Origin: a virus
Taxonomy: Duplodnaviria; Caudoviricetes
DNA length: 38,141 nucleotides
IMG/VR virus record: IMGVR_UViG_3300029145_000015
Location: 1-38,141 of that record
Strand: one strand, 5' to 3'
Shown: piece by piece, positions 9,240 to 17,826 of the stretch
Layout: the number at the start of each line of letters is the position of its first letter
Numbering within the stretch: the first letter of the stretch is position 1
The notes under the pieces: model-generated
The model's input: the letters and a program-made list of their open reading frames with translations, nothing else
Told to the model about the DNA's origin: nothing
The model's database searches: none
Position numbers and translations under genes: made by a program

Positions 9240-9650
9240 ATGGCCGTAGACCCGTTATCCGCCGGTTTAAATCTCGCCGAGAAACTCACCGATGTATGGA
9301 AGGGGAAAACCGACCGCCGTAAAGCCCGCGATGAGCTTAAGGCTACCGCTAAGCTGGCCAAGCAAAATAATGACGCCAAGCGAGAGCTTACCGACGCTGA
9401 ATGGGAGGCCCTCAGCAAAGAAGGGGAAGATCGTACTTGGAAAGACGAATACGTCACCATTGTTATTACGTCCCCTATCGTTATGTTGATACTCGGTTCT
9501 ATTTGGGGTACGCTGACCGGGAAATGGGAAATGGTCTACGGCGTTCAAAATGCCCTCCATGAGTTGGATAAGGCTGGGGTCGATATGGCCTTTCTCATGA
9601 ACGCAACGGTTTTAGCGGCTTTGGGCCTGAAAGTCTGGAGAAAGTTGTAG
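9240..9650 (+). CDS. holin-like membrane protein
   Basis: Charged N-terminus, TWKDEY motif, hydrophobic segments and a basic C-terminus; within the lysis cassette. Confidence 0.65.
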   Translation: MAVDPLSAGLNLAEKLTDVWKGKTDRRKARDELKATAKLAKQNNDAKRELTDAEWEALSKEGEDRTWKDEYVTIVITSPIVMLILGSIWGTLTGKWEMVYGVQNALHELDKAGVDMAFLMNATVLAALGLKVWRKL

Positions 9651-12064
9651 TGGATTATAAGGCAGTCAAGCGGGACTTTAGCGGGGGCGAAATCGGCTCA
9701 CGTATGATTATGCGTGACGATTCGCCTTTGCATGAAAAAGCCGTAATGCATATGCGGAACTACATGCCTACCCTTCAGGGTCCGGCCATGAGAACCCCCG
9801 CTACTCGGTTTATTCATGATATTAATCCGAATGATAATTATGCCAGGATTATACCTTACGTAACTTCTAATAATCAGCGGGCCTTGGTTGAAATCCTCCC
9901 GGCTGTGTATAATTCCGTCGGCGGGTTGGTTACGGATGGTGCGATCAATATCATCCAAGATATCAATTCGTCCACCGAGAATACCCAGTTTGACCCAGTG
10001 GGGCCCCCCGGCCAAACCTATCAGTCTATCGTTCCTAATGGGGACATCACCGGCGGCATCGAGCCATGGGAACTTTTCCCGCTTCAATATGCCGCTAATG
10101 CTGGGGATATGCTCGGTTGGTGGTACGGCCCCGGTGGGTTCAACGGGACGGCCCGGAATACTAAATTCACTAATTATCCGATTCCCGGCCCCCGTGGCGG
10201 CGAGGTCGGTGTCAAGGAATATGAATACGCTTGGATGCGTAATTCCTTCACTATACCGCAGGACACGTCCAGTATTATTGTTATCCCGGATATGCGGTAT
10301 GTTACTAATTTCGGGGACGAATTTGATGGCAATGGCTTAGTCGCCACTATCAAGATCGGGACTACTCCCGGTGGGGCGGAAGTGGATACTATCGATATTA
10401 GTGATCTTCCGATTGGTCAATTTTATACCCAGCCGACCACGATCACGGGGACCTTCCTTGAGGGGGAGGTATATTATATCGAGTTTCGGTTCGAGGGGAC
10501 CAACAACGGAGCGAACAAGTACAATAGTACCCCTTTCTTCTCGGTAAAGGCATTAGATATCCGGTCTTTAGTCGATGCCGATGGCGAAACCGAGACTTTG
10601 CTCGCTAACGTGCCTTACAGTGCGGATGAGCTGAGGGAAGTGCAGTACGTTCAATCCCCGTACAATGATAGCGCAGATGGCGGGAATGCCGGTAAGCAGC
10701 TTGTATTGGTGCACCCGAATTACCCGCCTAAGGAACTTTTTTTCAACGGGACGGCGTATGTATTCCAAGATATCTCGTTCACAAACGCTCCGGGAGCGTG
10801 GGGTTCACAGGGGTATCCTGCCGCTTGCGGTTCATATGGAGGTAGACTCGTCTTGGGTGGTAGTAAAGACGTCATTACCACCGGGGACCCCTTTGGTAAC
10901 GCTTCTGAAACAGTATGGGCTACTGAGATAGGGAAGTGGTATACTTTTACTAGCCCGACTAAAACCCCAATCGAAGCCACCGATTCTATTGAATTCACTG
11001 GTGTGTACCGCTCGCCCATCAAATGGGTCTTAGGCCAGAAGCGACTATTGGTAGGGGCTGAATCCTTGGAGTATGTAGCCGAATCTGACGGGATTTTCCA
11101 GCCCGGAGACCTCGGCCTTAATTTGGAAAGTACCCACGGCAGTAATCATGTCCAGCCGGTGCCTATGGGGCAGTATATACTCTTCCCGTCGGAGAACGGG
11201 ACAAAGTTGAGGGCTATGAGGTATCTGGCGGATGATGAAAGCTGGATATCCCCTGATTACACAATAGGCCACCCTAACCTGTTGTCATCCGGGATTGTTC
11301 GGATGGCTCGTATGCGTAACCCGGTCCAAATGTGCGTAGTTGTTAAAGGCGACGGGGAAATGGCCTTGGCGGTAATAGACCCCCATGAGAATATTCTGGG
11401 TTGGTGTCGGGTCAACATCAACGCTAATATTCTTGACGCCTGTGTACAAACCAATTCCAATGGCCAAGACGTCCTGTATTTAGTGGTCCGCCGTAAGATC
11501 AACGGGACATTCAAGGTATACCTTGAAGCTATAGTCAATTGGTCCGAGGGAAAGACTTGGCGGTACCTGAACTCCCACGTAGAGTTGGTCAATGCGGGTG
11601 GGGTATCCACTATTACCGGGCTTGGGCACTTAGAGTCTGAGACAGTGCAAGTGCTGGGGGACGGCAATTACCTGGGCAGTTTCACGGTATCTGGGGGGGA
11701 GATAGACCTTACCGACGAGATTGGTGGCGATGTAACCGTCACTAATGCAGTCGTAGGTCTTCCGAGCGTGGCTCGCTTGGATACCCTGCCGCTAAATGCC
11801 ATGGACCCGTCGTCCAAGAAGAAATACTCTAAATTGACGGTAAGGACGCTGGCTTCATACCGACCTATTATTAACGGGGATAGGGTGCCCGCAAGGGACA
11901 CCGAAACCCCCATGGGGACCAGCCAGCAAGTAGATATTGTGTACGATAGCGATGTAGGTATGTTAGGGAGCCGGGATTTCCTAACAATATCTATTGAGGA
12001 AAATCTTCCATTCCCTAGTATGATTATGGGGATATTTGGTAAAGTTTCAGACAAGAGTCTGTAG
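9650..12064 (+). CDS. tail tubular protein B / nozzle (T7 gp12-like)
   Basis: N-terminal DFSGGEIG, NYMP.LQG, LVHPNYPP, GYP....YGGRL.LGG, GLGHLE.ETV.V.GDG; 804 aa. Confidence 0.85.
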   Translation: MDYKAVKRDFSGGEIGSRMIMRDDSPLHEKAVMHMRNYMPTLQGPAMRTPATRFIHDINPNDNYARIIPYVTSNNQRALVEILPAVYNSVGGLVTDGAINIIQDINSSTENTQFDPVGPPGQTYQSIVPNGDITGGIEPWELFPLQYAANAGDMLGWWYGPGGFNGTARNTKFTNYPIPGPRGGEVGVKEYEYAWMRNSFTIPQDTSSIIVIPDMRYVTNFGDEFDGNGLVATIKIGTTPGGAEVDTIDISDLPIGQFYTQPTTITGTFLEGEVYYIEFRFEGTNNGANKYNSTPFFSVKALDIRSLVDADGETETLLANVPYSADELREVQYVQSPYNDSADGGNAGKQLVLVHPNYPPKELFFNGTAYVFQDISFTNAPGAWGSQGYPAACGSYGGRLVLGGSKDVITTGDPFGNASETVWATEIGKWYTFTSPTKTPIEATDSIEFTGVYRSPIKWVLGQKRLLVGAESLEYVAESDGIFQPGDLGLNLESTHGSNHVQPVPMGQYILFPSENGTKLRAMRYLADDESWISPDYTIGHPNLLSSGIVRMARMRNPVQMCVVVKGDGEMALAVIDPHENILGWCRVNINANILDACVQTNSNGQDVLYLVVRRKINGTFKVYLEAIVNWSEGKTWRYLNSHVELVNAGGVSTITGLGHLESETVQVLGDGNYLGSFTVSGGEIDLTDEIGGDVTVTNAVVGLPSVARLDTLPLNAMDPSSKKKYSKLTVRTLASYRPIINGDRVPARDTETPMGTSQQVDIVYDSDVGMLGSRDFLTISIEENLPFPSMIMGIFGKVSDKSL

Positions 12065-12073
12065 GGGTAAATC

Positions 12074-14590
12074 ATGACGATCGATTCAGTTTATCAACCC
12101 GAAGAGTTTGTGGTCACAGGCCCGCAGGTTTATGATTTCGTCTTCGAGAATGATGGCTCTTCCTCCGTTTACGTCTATGAAAAGACTATAGGTGGTACGG
12201 AAATTTTCGTTTCCCCGTCCAATTACAGTCTTGTGGTTAATGGCAGTGGTCCCATTCATGACGGCGGCACCGTTACGTTTCTCGTGGCCCATGGGGCCGA
12301 TGTATCCCACGTGGTGATCAAACGTGAAACCGAAATGCTCCAGGTTATTGATTTCGAAGATGGGAAGCCCTTCCCCGCCGATGTGGTTGAGTATGCCCTT
12401 GATAAGTTAACCATGATGCGGCAAGAAGAGCTGGTAGGCGGCGGCCAATCCGGCTCTTTTGTTGACCGGTCCGGCGATACTATGTTTGGCCCACTGGCTA
12501 TGATCTCAGGGGCCGACCTCACCATTAATGACCCCAACAATACCAGCACCGGATGGGGTTCCCAGTTGTACGCCACCGGCGGCGCGGGGTTCTCGGACAA
12601 TATATCCATCTTCAACTACGAGGGGGACAACTCGGCGGGAATGGCGTTTTATGCCACTACCAATGTAACCGGACCCGATGCGGTATTGATCTTGACCCCT
12701 TCCGTCAACGATCCTTTTTCTGACCCGTACAGCCCAGATCAAATCCACTCTTTAACAGAGTTCTGGGTGCGTACCTATGAAGACCTGCCGGGGGGAGTGC
12801 CGGGTACTGTTCATGAGTGGCAATTTACCCGTGAAGGTCAGCTCCGCGCGCCGGAATCAGCGCCGGGAGTTCCTGTTCTTCCGGTATACCCTAATAGTCT
12901 AGTCACCAAAAAGTGGGTGGAAGATAACGCGGGTGCCGGGGGTTCCGGTGTTTACGACCATACCGTAACGGTTAGTCAGGTGGCTAATCCGGTTCCCCCT
13001 GATGAACTTAACAACGGCTGGAGGTTTGGTTCTTACGGCAACCTTGTCGGTATGAACCGGGGTATCATCGATTATACCTCAACCGACATCGATGCGCAGT
13101 TGCAGATCATTACGAATGACTGGCGCGACCCCGGCACCGGGTTTGAGAACTTTCCGCATACCTTCTTGTTCAGCCATGAAGGCACCCTCACCGTACCGGG
13201 TGATTTCATTATGGACTCGGATGCCACGAACGTTGACGACCCTAATACGGGCGCGTTCGAAATGCGAAACTACGAGCCAAACTTGGGTGGCGATGCGACA
13301 TGGTTCAGTCTATATGCGACTAATAATGTCGCTGGCGGGGACGATGGTAAAATGTTGCTGGTGCCAGCACAGTCATTATCGAGCGGAACGCCACAATGGT
13401 ACCGTAATTCCCTGTCGATCATGACGTATGGTTTTAATGGGCCTCACACCTTTGACCAGCAATACCTGAACGAATGGGAATTCAAGACCAACGGTGATTT
13501 TGTTGCTTGCGGTGATGTTATCATTGATTCTAGCAATAACAACAAAGGCGCACTGGAAATTCGTAATATCGACGCTGCCGGGCCAAACGACCGGTGGTGG
13601 TCAATGTACGTCCAAAACGCTACCGATGCCGGGGGGCAGTTTGGGGTATTGAACATCCAACCCGCCCACGAGGACCTCGGTGGGTCGCCTACATGGACTC
13701 GCGGCGAAATCCACATCTATACCAAGCCTACCAATGGCGCGGCGGCAGATTGGAATAAGTTTACCTTCGATATGGACGGCAACATTTACGTCCCTCGGTC
13801 GATAATCCTCGACCAAAATGGGGGCAGTAATGGCGGGCTGTATATCAAGAACTTCGAGGGTGCTGGTGATTACTACTGGGGACTTTACGTAGCAAGCGGC
13901 GGCCAAGCTGTTTTGACCCCCGGATGGGACGGTACTTTCTACGATGGTGAATTCGAAATCCAGTGTCTCGATATAGGTGAGGACCTTCGGGGGTACAAAT
14001 TCACCGACGACGGTAAAATCCAGTTTAAGAATGACGGTACCGTACGTGGCCATGTCTGGTTGGAGGATATTGGCGGCGTTTTCTATAATATGGAAATGTG
14101 GGCGGCAGCAGATGCCAGGGTTAAGGGTGGGACCGCTGTTCGCCTCCAGCTGGACGGCGGCGAATACCTTAACCTGACCCCGACCGAGGTCGTTAGCAAC
14201 AAAAATATCAGGACGTCCTTCCGCATGAAGGCAGGTCTCCAGCCACTGGTTGCGGAGGACCTGACCCGCAAGGATTATGTTGATACGGGCGATGCTTCTG
14301 ATATCCGCTTGAAGGACATAACCGGGGAACTGCGATTCGGTCTCGATGAGATAATGGCCCTAAACACCATTGAGTTTGATTATCGACCTGAAGTGGTATG
14401 GGCTAAGCGGGCTAAGGACCACCACTACGGCTTGATCGCCCAAGAGGTGAAGGAAATTCTCCCCCATATCGTCCACGGAATGCCCGGCCAAGGCGATTAT
14501 CTCGCAGTAGATTATGTGGAAATCGTCCCGGTACTGATCAACGCGGTGCAAGAGCTGGCCGATAAGATCAAGAAGTTGGAGGAAAAGTAA
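12074..14590 (+). CDS. tail fibre with T7 gp17-like N-terminal anchor and C-terminal peptidase S74 intramolecular chaperone
   Basis: N-terminal YDFVFE..GGTVTF..IKRET..EYALDKLTMM; C-terminal SDIRLKDI, YGLIAQEV..ILP and VPVLINAVQEL coiled coil. Confidence 0.9.
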   Translation: MTIDSVYQPEEFVVTGPQVYDFVFENDGSSSVYVYEKTIGGTEIFVSPSNYSLVVNGSGPIHDGGTVTFLVAHGADVSHVVIKRETEMLQVIDFEDGKPFPADVVEYALDKLTMMRQEELVGGGQSGSFVDRSGDTMFGPLAMISGADLTINDPNNTSTGWGSQLYATGGAGFSDNISIFNYEGDNSAGMAFYATTNVTGPDAVLILTPSVNDPFSDPYSPDQIHSLTEFWVRTYEDLPGGVPGTVHEWQFTREGQLRAPESAPGVPVLPVYPNSLVTKKWVEDNAGAGGSGVYDHTVTVSQVANPVPPDELNNGWRFGSYGNLVGMNRGIIDYTSTDIDAQLQIITNDWRDPGTGFENFPHTFLFSHEGTLTVPGDFIMDSDATNVDDPNTGAFEMRNYEPNLGGDATWFSLYATNNVAGGDDGKMLLVPAQSLSSGTPQWYRNSLSIMTYGFNGPHTFDQQYLNEWEFKTNGDFVACGDVIIDSSNNNKGALEIRNIDAAGPNDRWWSMYVQNATDAGGQFGVLNIQPAHEDLGGSPTWTRGEIHIYTKPTNGAAADWNKFTFDMDGNIYVPRSIILDQNGGSNGGLYIKNFEGAGDYYWGLYVASGGQAVLTPGWDGTFYDGEFEIQCLDIGEDLRGYKFTDDGKIQFKNDGTVRGHVWLEDIGGVFYNMEMWAAADARVKGGTAVRLQLDGGEYLNLTPTEVVSNKNIRTSFRMKAGLQPLVAEDLTRKDYVDTGDASDIRLKDITGELRFGLDEIMALNTIEFDYRPEVVWAKRAKDHHYGLIAQEVKEILPHIVHGMPGQGDYLAVDYVEIVPVLINAVQELADKIKKLEEK

Positions 14591-15199
14591 ATGGCCAACC
14601 CCCCTCAGGTTAGCGAGGCGCATATTTGCAGCCAAGCGCTCACGTGGTGCGGGCAAGACCCGATAAACACCCTTGAGGAGAAAAATGAACCCGCCCGATG
14701 GATGAAGGCGAATTATTATCTCATCCGGGATGCAACTCTGGAGGCGCGCCTCTGGTCTTTCGCCAAACAGCGCCACAAATCCGTGGTTGCGACTCGGGAC
14801 CCGTGGGGTATTAAATTCCAGCACACTATCCCCGCCTCGTGGGTCAAGGTATTTAATGCCTTCTGTGATGTTAGCCCGTCTGACCCTAAGAATTGGGTTG
14901 TGTCTCATGACTGGCAACGATTGGGGCCTTACGTTTTATCCGACGACGCCACCCTTTACCTTGAGGGGGTGAACCGAGAGGTGGATACTGGCAGGTATAG
15001 TGCCTTGTTCGTTCAGGCTCTTACCGCTCGCCTTGCAGCCGCCGCCGCCATTCCCCTTGCCGGGAGTCGTCAATTACAAGAAGACATGTGGGATATTTAT
15101 TCAGGTATTATTTCGGAAGCTTCGTTCTCAGACTCCCAGCAGGGTGTCCGTGAAAAACTCCGGGGTGGTAACCTTGTGAAATCGAGGCGGGGGGGTTAA
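14591..15199 (+). CDS. tail tubular protein A / adaptor (T7 gp11-like)
   Basis: ICSQAL...GQDPI, WSFA and FVQALTARLAAAAAIPLAGS patterns; 202 aa. Confidence 0.82.
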   Translation: MANPPQVSEAHICSQALTWCGQDPINTLEEKNEPARWMKANYYLIRDATLEARLWSFAKQRHKSVVATRDPWGIKFQHTIPASWVKVFNAFCDVSPSDPKNWVVSHDWQRLGPYVLSDDATLYLEGVNREVDTGRYSALFVQALTARLAAAAAIPLAGSRQLQEDMWDIYSGIISEASFSDSQQGVREKLRGGNLVKSRRGG

Positions 15200-15202
15200 A
15201 CC

Positions 15203-15655
15203 ATGGCAGCTGCCGTAATAGGCGCAGTAGCCGCTGTTGTTGGTGTAGGGAGTGGTATTAAATCCGCCCTAGACGCCGATAAAAGGGCAAAACGAGCCGC
15301 CGAACTTCAAGCCAAACTAACGTATAAGACCCGGCAAGAAGAAATCCGGCGGTTGTCCGGGGAGTATACCTATCGGGAATCTTATAACCGGGCGGCTATT
15401 GCGGAATCTAATTTGATGTTTTCCGGTTCATCCCGAAGACATTTGCGGCATATGCAATCTACCTTTGCCCGTGACTTACAGTGGCGTAGGAACGCCGCCC
15501 GACTGGAGCGGAAAGCTATCGCCAGCGGGGCAGCTGCCGCAAGTTCCGGTGCCACTATAACCCAAGGGGTCGCTCAAATCATCGGTATTGGCGCGGATTA
15601 CTACGCTAGCCAACAACGCGTTAATAGCACCAACAATACGCAAGGTACATCATAA
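15203..15655 (+). CDS. internal virion/ejection protein (gp14-like)
   Basis: Ala/Gly-rich hydrophobic N-terminus and helical body; first of three genes of increasing size after the tail genes. Confidence 0.65.
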   Translation: MAAAVIGAVAAVVGVGSGIKSALDADKRAKRAAELQAKLTYKTRQEEIRRLSGEYTYRESYNRAAIAESNLMFSGSSRRHLRHMQSTFARDLQWRRNAARLERKAIASGAAAASSGATITQGVAQIIGIGADYYASQQRVNSTNNTQGTS

Positions 15656-17826
15656 TGGTTGCTCAGATCAAACCAGAACTGCTCCCGGTAGCGGAACTCA
15701 AAGGTCCTTCTGTGGCAGGCGATATCGCCACGGCCCGGCGGCTTCAATCAGCGTCCGATGAACTTATCCGAGCGGGCAAAACTGTGTCCCAAGCGGCTAT
15801 CCGTACTCGCGCCCGTGAGAATCGTGAACGTGAGATTATGAACCAAACCCAGGCCATTTCTGATGCAGCCCTGGATTACTCGGATTGGTATGATAACGTC
15901 ACCGCTAAACCGGTTCTCACTACGTCCGAGGCAATGGAGTTGGGTGCTAAGGATGACCCGTCGTTGTGGCTCGATGAAACCGAAGGCCTTGAGCGGGACG
16001 ATATCTACCTGTGGGATATTCTGCCTGATCTAGCCAAAGATAAGTATGAGCGGCTCATCACACAATATTCTGATAAGTTCACCGACCCTCTTGATCGGAA
16101 AGAATGGATCACCCGTACTCGTGAGCAAGGGGCGAGTATTTACAGTGACCTACTTACCGAACAAAGGAAACAGCGGTTTAACCAGTCGGTCTCAAAATAC
16201 GAATTGAGCATTGAGGCCAACCACCAATCCGGTAACCACGAGATGGCCATTGAGATGGCCAAATCCCACCCCATTCCGTCGGAGCGGGCTAAGGCGGTCA
16301 AGGTTGCCCAAATCCGGGGTGAAACCGACTCCCTTCACCAGGTTTATCAGGATGGTGATCTGGAAGAGGTCCGTGAGGCGGTGGAATACCTGCGTGACCC
16401 GGATAACAAGACATTTCTGACCGAAACCCAACAATCGGCGTGGCTCAATCAAATGAAGGCCCGCGAGCAGAAACTGATTTCAGACGGGGCTACCCGGCGC
16501 TCTTTTGCTCTCGATAAGGAACTGGCGGATATCGAATCCAAGGTTGCCTCCGGTCAAGCCGGGTACGCCGATGTTCTTGATTTTGCGGAGTCTCTATATG
16601 ACAGGGGCCACCAAAACTATATTCCCAAGGGATGGTTAGCCTCTAAGAAGAAGGAAATTGACCGGATTCAGGCCGACCAATTAGACGTCCAGAACCGCAT
16701 CGAAAACGTCTACCTTGCTATGGGCGGCACTAGCGTAGTTGATACCTCAGACTCCAAGAATGTCGAGGCTATCAACCATGTCGCTAATCAGCTCGTGACT
16801 TCCATGGCTCCGGGCGCTGAGGAAGATTTGTTCCGTCTGATTTCTTCCACCAAGTTCATCCCTGATGCTTTTCAGACGGCAATGACCACCTCCATGAATG
16901 ACGCCGCCCCAGTGGAGTCGGTGGTTCAGGCGGCCAACCTATATAACAAATTGCTAGTGGAATCCCCCAACGCCTTATCGGAGGTTTCGTCAGACGTCGG
17001 TATTTTTATGCGCCGGGTATATACTCTTTCCCGTGGCGGGGTGCCCACCGAAGATGCAATCCAAGCAATCCGGGACGAAATGAGAACTACTGAACCGGAC
17101 GTCTTGAAATACCGGCAATCTAATTTTGATCAGTTTTCTGGTTCCGGACAAGCCCGCACGTGGTTTGAAGATAAATTCAAGGGGGACTCTCAGTATAACA
17201 CTTTCTCCCAGAGGTGGTTGTGGGACGAGCGCACATCGGTCAGCGATAATATGTACATGGATTTCCTCCAACATTCCGAGGAAGCCATGCTCCGGGGTAT
17301 GCCCCAAGAAGAGGCCATGGAGTACGGCTATGGCGCCGTTGCTAATACTTATACCGTGTCCAACGTCAATGGTTCTCCTGAGGTAATGAGGGATGCCCCG
17401 GAATTCCGGTATAATGTTCCCTCTGAACACATCCGGACCGATCTTAATCACCAGCTTATGCATGAGTTCAACGTTACTAGCGACAGGGTGGGGGAATACG
17501 TAATACTTCCTACCCCCCGGACTCAATTTGAACAGTTCCCGTCCTACCAAATTTACCACAAGGACCCAGACACAGGTATTTTGATTGCGGAGACTGACCA
17601 GTATCGTCAGCTTGTGACATATCAACCTAATCTTGAAGATATCGACGCCAAGATCAAGGCGTCACAGGCTGATTACCTGCGGCAGCAGAAGCGCCGGGCC
17701 ATTGAAGCCCGCGAAATGTGGAATACCGTTGAGCGTGACGGGGCCATGAACCCTACCGCCACACCGGGCGACTTCGAGGATACTCGGTCGCATCAGGTAA
17801 TCAAGGATATGTTCAATGCTGATTAG
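15655..17826 (+). CDS. internal virion/ejection protein (gp15-like)
   Basis: 723-aa helical protein in the ejection-protein position. Confidence 0.6.
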   Translation: MVAQIKPELLPVAELKGPSVAGDIATARRLQSASDELIRAGKTVSQAAIRTRARENREREIMNQTQAISDAALDYSDWYDNVTAKPVLTTSEAMELGAKDDPSLWLDETEGLERDDIYLWDILPDLAKDKYERLITQYSDKFTDPLDRKEWITRTREQGASIYSDLLTEQRKQRFNQSVSKYELSIEANHQSGNHEMAIEMAKSHPIPSERAKAVKVAQIRGETDSLHQVYQDGDLEEVREAVEYLRDPDNKTFLTETQQSAWLNQMKAREQKLISDGATRRSFALDKELADIESKVASGQAGYADVLDFAESLYDRGHQNYIPKGWLASKKKEIDRIQADQLDVQNRIENVYLAMGGTSVVDTSDSKNVEAINHVANQLVTSMAPGAEEDLFRLISSTKFIPDAFQTAMTTSMNDAAPVESVVQAANLYNKLLVESPNALSEVSSDVGIFMRRVYTLSRGGVPTEDAIQAIRDEMRTTEPDVLKYRQSNFDQFSGSGQARTWFEDKFKGDSQYNTFSQRWLWDERTSVSDNMYMDFLQHSEEAMLRGMPQEEAMEYGYGAVANTYTVSNVNGSPEVMRDAPEFRYNVPSEHIRTDLNHQLMHEFNVTSDRVGEYVILPTPRTQFEQFPSYQIYHKDPDTGILIAETDQYRQLVTYQPNLEDIDAKIKASQADYLRQQKRRAIEAREMWNTVERDGAMNPTATPGDFEDTRSHQVIKDMFNAD

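Noticed and set aside
12074-14590. Diversity-generating retroelement targeting the tail fibre (BPP-1-like head genes prompted the check)
   Set aside because: No reverse transcriptase and no template/variable repeat pair was seen.
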